Shown in pieces: positions 38,898 to 49,610 of a stretch of 64,000 nt of DNA. The notes under the pieces are model-generated. The model did no database searches and was not told the origin of the DNA. It was given only the letters and a program-made list of their open reading frames with translations. Position 1 is the first letter of the stretch. Each line of letters starts with the position of its first letter. The DNA lies in assembly GCA_947169105.1 (NCBI GenBank), contig CAMVOL010000007.1, positions 6,005-70,004 of the forward strand, in the 5' to 3' direction. The position numbers and the translations under genes were made by a program. The stretch comes from an uncultured Bacteroidales bacterium (GTDB taxonomy: Bacteria > Bacteroidota > Bacteroidia > Bacteroidales > WCHB1-69).

Positions 38898-41800
38898 TGG
38901 CTTTTTGCTTTTTTTCTTTCTTTTTGTCCTGTTTTTTCTCTTTGTTGTTATCCTGCTTTTTCTCCAACTTTTTCTCTTTGTTCCGTTTGAACGAGTCCGC
39001 CAGATCCTGACGGTTGTTGAAATCCTGCTTGTAGATGACGGCCACACCCTGTGCGTAAGGGTTGTTGTGTGTGGCGTTACGTAACTCGTCCTGATTGGTG
39101 ACATTGAACACCTTCACCCGCCAGTTGCCCTGCTCGTTCAGCTTCTGCTCGATGCTGAAGTCTCCGATGAACTGAGGACTGGTACTGGCCATATTCTTGT
39201 CATCCACATAGCCGAAATAACCTTCGATGACGGTGCGGTCGTTGAAGAGGGAGGTGGAGGCGGAAACGCTGTATTGCGCCGCCTGCACTTCGCTGGCATT
39301 CTGGTATTTGAAATTCAAATCAACATACTTGAGCTGTCGGGAGATAAAATTGCTCAAGGTGTTGGTTAGCAGATTGATACCTGTATTTTCAAGGGAAATA
39401 CTACTGGCATTTTCTGTTGTCATACTGGAGGAAAATTTGCCAAGCATCACCAATGAGAAAAATTGTTCCGTCCGATTTTGAATGTTGTTGGTGTCGATGG
39501 CACTATAGAAGAGCGTTCTCATGTCGGAAGTGGCATTGGGAAGGTCAAAGGAGAAGTCGATGGCGGCGGGGTCATTCAGAGTGCCGTTGAAGTTCAGGTA
39601 AGCTTTGACGGGCATACGGCGTAGCGTCGTGTTTTCCGCAGTGAAAAGGTCTGAGAGAGAGGCCGTAGTGGAGTATGCCGCCTTGACATCAATACGGATG
39701 TCGTCAATGGGTCCGGGGAAGGTGACGGTGCCGCCTTCCACCAGCTCGAACTTTTTGGATACCAGCCCCATGAAGTTCATCATGAAAGTGCCGGAATGCA
39801 GACGTACATCGCCCGTGAGGTTGATGTCAGATTTGGTGTTGTAGGTGAAATGAAGTTTGCCGTCACCGGAGGTCTTGATGGAGCCGCCGAATGCCGACAG
39901 GTCGAGGTCCAGCAGGATGTCTGCCACGGGTGTCACGTCCAAAATGAAGTTGAAGTCCATCTCCATTTTCGACTTGGGTGCCACCTCTTCCTCTTCGTCG
40001 TCGAGGCCAGTCCGTTCCGCAGTTTTGAAGGTGATGACGTCAGAATCCGATACCTTGTCGGCAAAGCTGATGGGCAGCCCGAACCGGGTGCCTCGCTCCG
40101 TTCGCAGGTTGTTGCCAGCGAAATAGAGTTTGTCCATATTGCCAAAAATGGCCACGTCGCCCGACACGTAGGCATCGCCGTAGAAGGGGCTGTCAGTCTT
40201 CTGGACGGTGTTCAGCACCAACAGCCGCCCCGTCTTGATAGCGAGATTCAGATCGAAATTGTTGAATTTCTCATGGTGGATATAGCCCTTCAGCGTGCCA
40301 GCGTTCCCGAATTTGTCTTTCATCACCACATCGTTGAATTCAAAGCCCTCCCGCGTGAAGTTGATGGTTTGCCCCTCAAGGGTATAGACTGTATTAAGCG
40401 GCTTGATGCCCAATTTTGCCTGCCGCACGAAGGCCTTGCCGTCGAAATAGAGGGAGTCGGGGTTCATCACAAAGTCGATTCTGCCGGAGGCGTCACCTTC
40501 CATCACATGGCTGAACGAGCTGAGGAAGGGGGCAAGGAAGCCAAGCTTCAGCGTGTCGATGTCGGCAGTGACACGCAGCTCCTTCTCTTTGATCCCGTAG
40601 TTCCCGTTCAGGTGGATATGTACATTCTCCTGCTTCTGGAAGTCGCGGAACGTATAGTTGTGGATGGTGGCTCCTTCCGGAAAATATTCGGGATTTACAA
40701 AGCCGCCTTGGAAAAGGACGTTATCGCCCGTCGGGACGGCAGCGGAGGCGAACAGGTCGCCGAATTGCTCCTCGTTGAACGTAAAGTCATGGATCAGGGT
40801 GGCACCGAATATGACGCGGTTGCCGCGGATGGTGCGCATCTGCACATTGGCCGACAAGTCGCCGAGCAGTGTCATCTTTTGGGATTTCAACAGTTGGTTC
40901 ACCACATCCAGATCGACGTTCTCGGCAATGCAGACGAGGCTGTCATCGCCCTCTTGGATCCGCCCGTTGATGGCAATGCTCCGCTCATTATCACCGAGGA
41001 CAAGATTGTCAAAGGAGACTTTGTTCCCTGCAATTTCAATGAAGTTCTGGTCGTTGAAATGGAACAGGTAGTCTTTGAAGTAGATGTCGGAGGTTTTGAC
41101 CTGTACGGTGATGTGCTGGCGCGACGGGAAATCCACGATGCCGCCGATTTGTGACCGCTGGTTGGAGATTCCCTGCGGGTTCTGCCACGACAGCTGCGCT
41201 CCCAGTTCGTTATTGCCCACTAGTGAGTTTAAGGAGATGTCGGTGATGCTCAGCTCGTCCTCCTTGCCGACGGCAACGCGCTCCACACTCGCCATCACCT
41301 GCATGATACCGGAATCCTGCTGCTCGCCGTCCACCATAATCTGGTCAATCATCACTTTGTCTTTCACCGAAAGATGCGGGATGCGGAGATCAATCTTGTC
41401 GTTATCATGGACCGAGGTGGTGGAAATCTTGGCGGTGGTTCCGTCCGAAATGTGGATGGCGGGGACAAAAATCTGCAAAATGGGCTGTAACTCATTGACC
41501 GACAGGTCAAGGTCAAGGTACTTCATCTGGTCTGGGTCTCTGGCACGTTCGGATTTCTCCTTCCGGTCGGGGAGGAGGTTGCCGCAATAGTTGTAAGCGA
41601 TGTCGATGAGCGCGTCTGGAATCTCCGAAGCATCGTAGTTGGTGGCGATGCCCGCGTTCAGCAGGTCGGAGGTGAAACGGTAAATCTGCGAACTGCCGTC
41701 GTTCAGCACCACCAAACGCACGCGGTCCGCCGCCAAAGTATAATCGTCCTGACTATAGGAAAGCTTATCAATGAACACGTTGCCAGAAAGTTCTTTCAGA

Positions 41801-43545
41801 CTATTGCCGTACAGGTCGCAGCCGATGGAGTCGGCACGGACGGCCATTTCCGGGTGCTGCTGCACGTAATAGACGAACTTGTCAAGCCCTTTCGCCGTTG
41901 CGCTGTCCACAGTGGCGAGATTCCCGAAAATGCGGGTGGCGGAAAGGCTGTCGATACGTGCCGACAGCCAGTACTCCGGCATGGAATGGGACAAATTCAT
42001 CCTCGCTTTTGCCTGCATACGGCAAGCAGGGTCTTTCACCGAAATGCTACCGTTAATGCGTTGGGCGGAATAATCTCCATTAATATGGATGTTTCGTAAT
42101 GGATATCGTTTGAAATCAATACGTTGGATGTCAGCGTTTACCTTCGCATTCAAAGTTTTCTTGAAATTGGCCATATCCACGGAACCATCGGCAGTGGAAT
42201 TCATCACTACTTGCCCGAATAAGTCCCGTTGGTTGATGAGCTGTCCGAGATTGATTCCGGAAGAGGCAATTTTTGCCGAATAGCCGAGCCTTCCGGAGGC
42301 CTCGTTCATCTGGGTGACTAACCGCGCCGCCACATTTTCTTTTCCGCTTTTCAGGGTGATGTTCGCGTCAAATCCGTCTTTTACGAAACCGTCAAAGTCA
42401 ATATCCACGACGGCCGTTTCCATTTTCTGTAATACAGCGGGTATGGGGATGGTTTTCCCTTTAGGAAGCCGAAATTCGGCCAGCTCTTTCATATCAACCT
42501 GATTTTCAGGAAGGTGCATGTGGATTTCTGCATTGAAGAAATCGGGGATATTTTTAAAGGAAACATCCCCGGCAAGCAGTGTATTTTCCTTGAAATTGGC
42601 TTTTAAATCCGTGATGTGCAGGTCGTTGACGGGACCGTTCACTTTGCAGCTCACCACGAGGGTGTCGTCCATCCCACGGGTGGCGCTGGCAAAATACTGT
42701 ATCGTCCCTAAGTCGAAAGTGGAAGGACGGAGGTCGGCGCGGAAACGGATGCTGTCCAAGAATTCGCCGTAGTCCTTCCATTCCTCATAGTCAAAGGCAA
42801 GGTCGAGAAAGAGGTGCGACGACGGCGTGACGATGACCGCATCCTTCAGTTCCATACCCTGCGCCCCGATTTTGAAGTCGCCCGTCAGGTTCAGCAGTTG
42901 GAAACCGGTGTATTGGTTGTACGACATGCGGTCGAAATGCGCCGAAATGTCGCTGCCGTTCAGCAGAAAATCATCCAAGTGCCAACTGATGTCCTTAAAC
43001 TCAAAGAAAGCGTAGTCAATATCGGTCTTATTGTTGGGAATCCTTTTTTTGTCGTCAATAAGGACAAAATAGGTGTCAGTTAAATCTATAGACTTGATTT
43101 TCAAGATGAAAGGTTTCTTCTCCTTTTTGTCTTTTTTCAGTTTCTGTGCCCACATGGAAATGTTGATGGCGGCATCGCCGAAATATTTGTGCAGAATCAC
43201 TTGCACCTTTTCTCCTTTGGTGTCATCGAGCGATACGGTCATCGGTTTGGTTTTCAGACCAATAAGTCTCGACTGTAGTTTTCCGGCGGCAATCATCGGT
43301 TCATCGCGGTGGTCGTAGATGGTGAAGCCTTCCGCATGGAGCTTGAGGGTGGGGGAGAGGTAAATCTTGTCCACGCTGATGCGGCTCTGGAGCTTGTCCG
43401 ACAGCTTTTCGGTGACAATATCGACGACTTTCTGCTGGATGGGCGGCACGAAGATGAGCGCAACCACCAAAAGGTCAAGGGCGATGAGGGCGCCGATGAC
43501 AATCAGGGCGATTCGTAATATTTTTTTCGTAATTTTGCGGCTCAA
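38887..43545 (-). CDS. tamB: Translocation/assembly module TamB-domain protein (DUF490)
   Basis: 1552 aa, N-terminal TM anchor, beta-rich body, C-terminal YxQGVAVIYKQDF strand; TTG start. Confidence 0.8.
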   Translation of the reverse strand: MSRKITKKILRIALIVIGALIALDLLVVALIFVPPIQQKVVDIVTEKLSDKLQSRISVDKIYLSPTLKLHAEGFTIYDHRDEPMIAAGKLQSRLIGLKTKPMTVSLDDTKGEKVQVILHKYFGDAAINISMWAQKLKKDKKEKKPFILKIKSIDLTDTYFVLIDDKKRIPNNKTDIDYAFFEFKDISWHLDDFLLNGSDISAHFDRMSYNQYTGFQLLNLTGDFKIGAQGMELKDAVIVTPSSHLFLDLAFDYEEWKDYGEFLDSIRFRADLRPSTFDLGTIQYFASATRGMDDTLVVSCKVNGPVNDLHITDLKANFKENTLLAGDVSFKNIPDFFNAEIHMHLPENQVDMKELAEFRLPKGKTIPIPAVLQKMETAVVDIDFDGFVKDGFDANITLKSGKENVAARLVTQMNEASGRLGYSAKIASSGINLGQLINQRDLFGQVVMNSTADGSVDMANFKKTLNAKVNADIQRIDFKRYPLRNIHINGDYSAQRINGSISVKDPACRMQAKARMNLSHSMPEYWLSARIDSLSATRIFGNLATVDSATAKGLDKFVYYVQQHPEMAVRADSIGCDLYGNSLKELSGNVFIDKLSYSQDDYTLAADRVRLVVLNDGSSQIYRFTSDLLNAGIATNYDASEIPDALIDIAYNYCGNLLPDRKEKSERARDPDQMKYLDLDLSVNELQPILQIFVPAIHISDGTTAKISTTSVHDNDKIDLRIPHLSVKDKVMIDQIMVDGEQQDSGIMQVMASVERVAVGKEDELSITDISLNSLVGNNELGAQLSWQNPQGISNQRSQIGGIVDFPSRQHITVQVKTSDIYFKDYLFHFNDQNFIEIAGNKVSFDNLVLGDNERSIAINGRIQEGDDSLVCIAENVDLDVVNQLLKSQKMTLLGDLSANVQMRTIRGNRVIFGATLIHDFTFNEEQFGDLFASAAVPTGDNVLFQGGFVNPEYFPEGATIHNYTFRDFQKQENVHIHLNGNYGIKEKELRVTADIDTLKLGFLAPFLSSFSHVMEGDASGRIDFVMNPDSLYFDGKAFVRQAKLGIKPLNTVYTLEGQTINFTREGFEFNDVVMKDKFGNAGTLKGYIHHEKFNNFDLNLAIKTGRLLVLNTVQKTDSPFYGDAYVSGDVAIFGNMDKLYFAGNNLRTERGTRFGLPISFADKVSDSDVITFKTAERTGLDDEEEEVAPKSKMEMDFNFILDVTPVADILLDLDLSAFGGSIKTSGDGKLHFTYNTKSDINLTGDVRLHSGTFMMNFMGLVSKKFELVEGGTVTFPGPIDDIRIDVKAAYSTTASLSDLFTAENTTLRRMPVKAYLNFNGTLNDPAAIDFSFDLPNATSDMRTLFYSAIDTNNIQNRTEQFFSLVMLGKFSSSMTTENASSISLENTGINLLTNTLSNFISRQLKYVDLNFKYQNASEVQAAQYSVSASTSLFNDRTVIEGYFGYVDDKNMASTSPQFIGDFSIEQKLNEQGNWRVKVFNVTNQDELRNATHNNPYAQGVAVIYKQDFNNRQDLADSFKRNKEKKLEKKQDNNKEKKQDKKKEKKQKANGK

Positions 43546-43557
43546 AATTCTTCGATT

Positions 43558-44577
43558 ATGTCAGTCTATATTCTTGGTGTAGAGTCCTCCTGCGATGATA
43601 CCTCCGCGTCGGTCATCGAAGACACGACGATTCTCTCCAATGTCATTGCCTCTCAGAAAGTTCACGCCGAATATGGGGGCGTGGTTCCGGAGCTGGCATC
43701 CCGTGCTCACCAGCAGAATATCATCCCGGTTATCGACACTGCACTAAAGCGTGCAAAAATACATAAAAATCAGTTATCTGCAATCGCTTATACAAACGGC
43801 CCCGGATTGTTGGGCTCTTTGTTGGTAGGGAGTTCATTTGCAAAGGCTATGGCCTTCAGTTTGGACCTTCCGCTCATTGAAGTTGACCACCTACAGGCAC
43901 ACGTCTTGGCCAATTTTTTGCAGAAACAGGAAGAAAAAAAGGAAGTTCCGGACTTTCCGTTCCTCTGTCTGACGGTCTCCGGAGGCCACACGTTGCTACT
44001 GAAAGTCAACGACTATTTCGATATGCAGATCCTCGGACGCACCATCGATGATGCCGCCGGGGAAGCCTTCGACAAAACCGCAAAGATTCTCGGACTTCCG
44101 TACCCCGGCGGTCCCGTCATTGACAAACTGGCCAAGGAGGGCGACCCGAAGCGTTTCGCGTTCTCCATCGCCCACATTCCCGGGCTCGACTACAGCTTCA
44201 GTGGCCTGAAAACGTCGTTTCTCTATTTTGTGCGTGACCAGCTCAAAACCAACGAGAATTTCATTGAGGAGAACAAGGCCGACCTTGCCGCCTCCATGCA
44301 GTACGCTATCATCAAGTCGCTGTCTGTCAAGGTGGAACGGGCGATGAAGGAGTGCGACTGCAAGGACTTTGTGATTGCGGGCGGCGTTTCTGCCAACAGC
44401 GGCCTGCGGGCCGAGGCGCAACGGCTTGCATCCAAGTACCACCGCCGCCTGTTCGTCCCCACTATCGACCTGACCACCGACAACGCCGCCATGATTGCCG
44501 TCTGCGGTTACTTCAAGTACCGGCAGGGCGACTTCTCCACCATCCATGCAGCCCCGTATTCTGCTGCAAGAAATTGA
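43558..44577 (+). CDS. tsaD: tRNA N6-adenosine threonylcarbamoyltransferase
   Basis: GVESSCDDT, GGVVPELASRAH, HLQAH, DNAAMIA. Confidence 0.98.
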   Translation: MSVYILGVESSCDDTSASVIEDTTILSNVIASQKVHAEYGGVVPELASRAHQQNIIPVIDTALKRAKIHKNQLSAIAYTNGPGLLGSLLVGSSFAKAMAFSLDLPLIEVDHLQAHVLANFLQKQEEKKEVPDFPFLCLTVSGGHTLLLKVNDYFDMQILGRTIDDAAGEAFDKTAKILGLPYPGGPVIDKLAKEGDPKRFAFSIAHIPGLDYSFSGLKTSFLYFVRDQLKTNENFIEENKADLAASMQYAIIKSLSVKVERAMKECDCKDFVIAGGVSANSGLRAEAQRLASKYHRRLFVPTIDLTTDNAAMIAVCGYFKYRQGDFSTIHAAPYSAARN

Positions 44578-44598
44578 TAATCTGAAATTTAAAGAAAG

Positions 44599-45597
44599 AT
44601 GAAGACCTATAAGGAAGTGATGACCCAGTTGCAGAAGCGGAACTTCGACCCCGTCTATCTGCTTTGTGGCGAAGAACCGCTCTATATCGACCGTATTGCC
44701 GACTACATCGAGGAAAATGTGATGGACGAGGCCGACCGCGATTTCAATCAGGTAATGTATTATGCAAAGGACACGCAGCCGGCGGATGTGGTCGCCAGTG
44801 CGCGGCAGTATCCGTTTGGCGTGGACTACCGCGTGGTGATCGTCAAGGAGGCGCAGGACTGGCCTTCGCTCGAAGCTTTCCGCAGCTACGTCGAAGCCCC
44901 GTCACCCGCCACCATCCTGGTGATTTGCTACAAGTACGGCAAGCTGAAAGCCGCCGACAGCAAGGTTTTCGACAAGTACGCCACCGTGATGGAGTCCAAG
45001 AAAGTGCCCGACTACAAACTGTCGGAGTGGGTCACGACCTGTGCTGCTGAACATGGCTTCTCCATCGACCCGCGTGGCGCCGCCCTCATCTCCGAACACA
45101 TCGGCAACGACCTCTCCCGCATCGACAACGAGTTCCTGAAAATGAAGCTGGTGTTGCCCGAAGGCAGTGCCGTTACACCAGAAATCATCGAAAAATACAT
45201 CGGTATCAGCAAGCAGTACAATGTTTACGAGCTCCGCGACGCTCTCGTCAACCGTGACGAGGCAAAGGCATACCGCATCGTCAACGCCTTCTGCCAGAAC
45301 CTGAAAACCAACCCGCTGTTAGTGACGGTGGCGAACCTTTTTTACTATTATAACAGCTTGTTACTCTTTTTGTTGTCACCCGATAAATCCACGATGACGC
45401 AAAAGGCCATCTTCGGGTACAACAAGTCGGAGGCGCAGCTGCGGCGCGAGGCCGGTATCGCCTCCGGTTTCAGTCAGACATCGCTTATCAAAATCATCTC
45501 AGTACTACGGGAGTTCGATGCCCGATCCAAGGGTATTGACAACGAAGCATCCGAAGAAGATTTGTACAAAGAAATGGTTTACAGGATTTTGCATTAA
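44599..45597 (+). CDS. holA: DNA polymerase III subunit delta
   Basis: YLLCGEEPLYID, RVVIVKEAQ, IGISKQYNVYEL. Confidence 0.93.
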   Translation: MKTYKEVMTQLQKRNFDPVYLLCGEEPLYIDRIADYIEENVMDEADRDFNQVMYYAKDTQPADVVASARQYPFGVDYRVVIVKEAQDWPSLEAFRSYVEAPSPATILVICYKYGKLKAADSKVFDKYATVMESKKVPDYKLSEWVTTCAAEHGFSIDPRGAALISEHIGNDLSRIDNEFLKMKLVLPEGSAVTPEIIEKYIGISKQYNVYELRDALVNRDEAKAYRIVNAFCQNLKTNPLLVTVANLFYYYNSLLLFLLSPDKSTMTQKAIFGYNKSEAQLRREAGIASGFSQTSLIKIISVLREFDARSKGIDNEASEEDLYKEMVYRILH

Positions 45598-46529
45598 TCC
45601 TCCCGTTTCTGTAGCAGGTTAATCCGCCTCTCCTCCATCCGTATCCGATAGTTGCCGGTGGCGAGCATTTCGCCCTCGACTTCGCCTAACAGGGGCTGTT
45701 CGGAAGCGAGCTCCACGAAGGGTGTGCGGGTCACTTTCACCTCCGGCATGGCGATGTGCTTTCCGGAGAACAAGTTCTTGACATTGGCTACCACTTTCAG
45801 CCGACTGAGGTTGCGGATGGTGACGAGGTCGAGCATCCCGTCGTGCGGGTCGGCCATCGGCACCTGACGCATCCCGTTGCCGTTGTATTGCGCGTTGCCG
45901 CACGCGATGGTGAAGATGTCGTCGCTGTAGCTGCCCTCCGCCGTGGTGACGTTCACGCGGGTGGCCTTGTAGCTGAACAGCACTTTCACTAATTTCAGGA
46001 GATAGACCGCATCGGGGAACAGCTTCGGCTTGCCATGGACGGTCTCGTTGATGACCGCCGCGTCGAAGGCGAAGCCGGCGATGTTGATGAACCGGCGCTG
46101 TGCCGTCACCGCGCCATTGACGATGGTCTCCACGAGACCTACGTCCGTCGGACGGAACTCGCCGTTTTGCAGGAAGTCGGGGAACGCTTCTGCTTTCGGG
46201 TAGCCGAGCGTGCGGCAGAAGTCGTTGCCGGTGCCGAGCGGGATGATGGCGAGGTTGACCTCCTCCGTATCCACTCCCGACTGGTAAATCCCGTTGATGA
46301 CGTTGTTGATGCTTCCGTCGCCGCCGACCAGCATCAGGTGGCGCTGTCCCTCTCGGCAGAGCCGTTCGGCCGTCTGCCCGCTCCATTCGCCGCCATCAGC
46401 GGCGTGCAGTGTGTGGCGGATGTTCCTGTTTCCCAGCTCAGTAAGGATGGCCTTTGCCGTTTCGGCACGGTGTCCGTTCAGTAGGGTCGGGTTGGCGATG
46501 ATGTGCCATTCGTGGGCGGTGATGTACAT
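45594..46529 (-). CDS. Diacylglycerol kinase family lipid kinase (YegS/BmrU)
   Basis: IIANP, GGDGSIN, PLGTGNDF, YNGNGM. Confidence 0.92.
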   Translation of the reverse strand: MYITAHEWHIIANPTLLNGHRAETAKAILTELGNRNIRHTLHAADGGEWSGQTAERLCREGQRHLMLVGGDGSINNVINGIYQSGVDTEEVNLAIIPLGTGNDFCRTLGYPKAEAFPDFLQNGEFRPTDVGLVETIVNGAVTAQRRFINIAGFAFDAAVINETVHGKPKLFPDAVYLLKLVKVLFSYKATRVNVTTAEGSYSDDIFTIACGNAQYNGNGMRQVPMADPHDGMLDLVTIRNLSRLKVVANVKNLFSGKHIAMPEVKVTRTPFVELASEQPLLGEVEGEMLATGNYRIRMEERRINLLQKRED

Positions 46530-46587
46530 AGGGTAACATTTAGTCCATAAAAAGAAAAAGAGCCACCGTAAGGCCGCTCTCTCTTCG

Positions 46588-46661
<74 letters not shown>

Positions 46662-46672
46662 GTTTGCTTGTG

Positions 46673-46745
46673 TCGGGATAGCCAGACTCGAACTGACGAC
46701 CTCTTGCTCCCAAAGCAAGCATACTACCAACTGTACTATATCCCG
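46673..46745 (-). tRNA. tRNA-Pro(TGG)
   Basis: CGGGATATAGTACAGTTGGTAGTATGCTTGCTT-TGG-GAGCAAGAGGTCGTCAGTTCGAGTCTGGCTATCCCGA folds as a cloverleaf; -7 promoter at 46760-46767. Confidence 0.95.
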
Positions 46746-46882
46746 TTTTTTTCGGGCTGCAAAAATACAATTTTTTTCTTTATGCCCGATTTGCGCAGGA
46801 TAACTTTTTTCTTGTTCGATTTTTATAGGAAAAGAAAAAAAGAAGTAGCTTGTTATCAGATGTTTAACAAGCTACTGCGTGG

Positions 46883-48280
46883 TTAGAATTCAGCGTTGAG
46901 CGGAGTGCGCGGGAACGGGATGACGTCGCGGATGTTGGTCATTCCGGTGACGAAAAGCAGCAGACGCTCGAAGCCGAGACCGAAACCGGAGTGCGGCGCG
47001 GTGCCGAACTTGCGGGTCTCCAAGTACCACCACACATCCTTTTCGGGAATGTGCAGCTCCTGCACTCGTTGCATCAGCTTGTCGTAGTTCTCCTCACGCT
47101 CCGAACCGCCGATGATCTCACCGATTTTCGGGAAAAGCACGTCCATGGCACGGACCGTCTTGCCGTCGTCGTTCTGCTTCATGTAGAACGCCTTGATCTC
47201 CTTCGGATAGTCGGTCAGGATGACGGGCTTCTTGAAATGGTTCTCCACAAGATAACGCTCGTGTTCCGACTGGAGGTCAATGCCCCACTTCACGGGGAAG
47301 TCGAACTTCTTGCCCGATTTTTCCAAGATTTCGATGGCCTCGGTGTAGCCCAGACGCACGAAGTCGTGGCTGATGACGAACTTCATCCGTTCAATCAGTT
47401 CCTTGTCAAACATGTCGTTGAGGAACTGGAGGTCATCCATGTTGTGGTCGAGGGCGTACTGCACGAGGTACTTGATGAAGTCCTCGGCGAGGTCCATGTT
47501 GTCGGTGATGTCATTGAAGGCGACTTCGGGCTCGATCATCCAGAACTCCGCGAGATGGCGCGGGGTGTTGCTGTTCTCGGCGCGGAAAGTGGGACCGAAG
47601 GTGTAGATGTTGCCCAACGACAAAGCACCGAGCTCGCCCTCCAGCTGGCCGGAGACGGTGAGACTGACGTGCTTGCCGAAGAAGTCTTTGCTGTAATCGA
47701 CCTTCCCTTCGGGCGTTTTCGGCAGGTTGTTGGGATCAAGGGTCGATACCGTGAACATCTCGCCGGCGCCCTCCGCATCCGATGCGGTGATCAACGGCGT
47801 GTGGAAATAGAAGAACCCTCTGTCGTTGAAATACTTGTGGATGGCATAGGCCATCGCGTGACGCAGACGGAGCACGCAACCAAAGTAGTTGGTTCTCGGA
47901 CGGAGGTGACCGATTTCACGGAGGAACTCCATGCTGTGGCCTTTCTTCTGCAACGGGTAGCTTTCGGGGTCGGCGGTGCCGTAAACCTCAATCTCTTTGG
48001 CCTGGACTTCCACCACCTGGCCTTTTCCCTGTGACTCGACGAGCGTACCCACCACGCGCAGGCATGATCCCGTGGTGATTTTCTTCATCATTTCGTCGTC
48101 AAAATTGGCGAGGTCGGCCACAATCTGCAAATTATGGACGATGGAACCGTCGTTCAACGCAATGAACGCCACGGCGTTGTTACCGCGCTTCGTGCGTACC
48201 CATCCCTTGACACAAATGTCTGTGCCAATGCCAATTTCATTGTAATGCTTGATTGCATCAATAATTCGTGTTCTTTTCAT
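46883..48280 (-). CDS. asnS: Asparagine--tRNA ligase
   Basis: [37 protein letters not shown]; start trimmed to MKRTRI. Confidence 0.98.
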   Translation of the reverse strand: MKRTRIIDAIKHYNEIGIGTDICVKGWVRTKRGNNAVAFIALNDGSIVHNLQIVADLANFDDEMMKKITTGSCLRVVGTLVESQGKGQVVEVQAKEIEVYGTADPESYPLQKKGHSMEFLREIGHLRPRTNYFGCVLRLRHAMAYAIHKYFNDRGFFYFHTPLITASDAEGAGEMFTVSTLDPNNLPKTPEGKVDYSKDFFGKHVSLTVSGQLEGELGALSLGNIYTFGPTFRAENSNTPRHLAEFWMIEPEVAFNDITDNMDLAEDFIKYLVQYALDHNMDDLQFLNDMFDKELIERMKFVISHDFVRLGYTEAIEILEKSGKKFDFPVKWGIDLQSEHERYLVENHFKKPVILTDYPKEIKAFYMKQNDDGKTVRAMDVLFPKIGEIIGGSEREENYDKLMQRVQELHIPEKDVWWYLETRKFGTAPHSGFGLGFERLLLFVTGMTNIRDVIPFPRTPLNAEF

Positions 48281-48312
48281 TTTTTTAATTTTCAATTTTC
48301 ATTTTTCCGTTT

Positions 48313-49089
48313 TCAGTTTTCTTTTGTTGTGGTTTCGGCGGCTTCGATGATGGTGATGAAATCGCCGCTTTTGAGGGAGGCACCGCCGATGAGGCCGCCG
48401 TCGATGTCCTCGTTGGCGAACAGGTCGATGGCGTTCTTGGCGTTGCAGCTGCCACCATATAAGATGTAGGTGTTGTAGGCGATTTCGGTGCCGTACTTCT
48501 TTTCGACGAGGCTGCGGATGAACTTGTGCATCTCCACGGCTTGGGCGGGCGTGGCGGTTTCGCCGGTGCCGATGGCCCAGACGGGCTCGTAGGCGATGAC
48601 CACATGCTCGAAATCCTCCTTTTTCAGATGGAACAATGTCTCTTTTATCTGTTTTTCAACCACTTCAAAATGTTTGTCGGCTTTGCGTTCCTCCAGCGTC
48701 TCGCCGCAGCACACCACGGGAATCAGCTGCTGCTCCATCAGACGGTCCACCTTCTGGGCAATGACCTCGTTGCTCTCGTTAAAATATTTGCGGCGTTCGG
48801 AATGCCCGACGATGCAGAACTCCACACCAAGTGCGGACAGCATCGGTGCGGACACTTCACCCGTATAGGCCCCGTTGTTGAACTGGCTGCAATTCTGCGC
48901 TCCGGCATAAAAATTCGACTCTTCAGCAAGGTCCGTGGCCAGTTCCAGATAAGGGTAGGGGGGGCAAACGACCACCTCCGTCTGAAGGTTGTAGTCGGCA
49001 AGACCCTCTTGGAGGGCATTCAACAAATCGTCAGCCTCCTCAAATGTGAGGTTCATCTTCCAGTTTCCGATAACTAATTTTGATTTCAT
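48313..49089 (-). CDS. tpiA: Triosephosphate isomerase
   Basis: GNWKMN, GHSERR, AYEPVWAIGTG, GGASLK. Confidence 0.98.
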   Translation of the reverse strand: MKSKLVIGNWKMNLTFEEADDLLNALQEGLADYNLQTEVVVCPPYPYLELATDLAEESNFYAGAQNCSQFNNGAYTGEVSAPMLSALGVEFCIVGHSERRKYFNESNEVIAQKVDRLMEQQLIPVVCCGETLEERKADKHFEVVEKQIKETLFHLKKEDFEHVVIAYEPVWAIGTGETATPAQAVEMHKFIRSLVEKKYGTEIAYNTYILYGGSCNAKNAIDLFANEDIDGGLIGGASLKSGDFITIIEAAETTTKEN

Positions 49090-49091
49090 AT

Positions 49092-49610
49092 CTATAGATT
49101 TTGTTTTTTTGTGGGAATGAAAATATATTCAAGACAAAGTATTAATAGTGTGGTAAACAGCGTGTTGGCAAAAATAACAAGGAGGGTATGATGGAATTGG
49201 CGGAAAGAGAAAACTTCCAGCATGGTCATGATTATCTGGTGGGAAAGACTCATCAGTAGGGTGTAAACCAGCATCCAGCGGAAATCCTTTTTACCGGGGA
49301 TGGGCACCTCCGTATCATTCTTTTTCTTGTTGACATTCAAGGCATACATCAGATAGGGACGGAGCAGGATGAAAACCATGCAGGCGGAGGCGTGGATTCC
49401 GTATGTGAGTTGAAAGATATCCACTACGAGACCGGTGGCGAAGGCGATGGCGTATTCTGCCGATCGGGGGATGTCGAGTGGCAACAAGAATAGCGCCAGC
49501 AGATATACGTTTGGGTTAATGAACCCAAAAAGGTGTATATGGTTGAAGATGAGCACCTGTAGTGCCAGCAGAACAAAAAAGCGAACAATATTTACAGTGG
49601 CCCTATTCAT
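49092..49610 (-). CDS. mreD: Rod shape-determining protein MreD
   Basis: Multi-TM, overlaps the mreC stop; GLVVDIF...GIHASA. Confidence 0.88.
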   Translation of the reverse strand: MNRATVNIVRFFVLLALQVLIFNHIHLFGFINPNVYLLALFLLPLDIPRSAEYAIAFATGLVVDIFQLTYGIHASACMVFILLRPYLMYALNVNKKKNDTEVPIPGKKDFRWMLVYTLLMSLSHQIIMTMLEVFSFRQFHHTLLVIFANTLFTTLLILCLEYIFIPTKKQNL

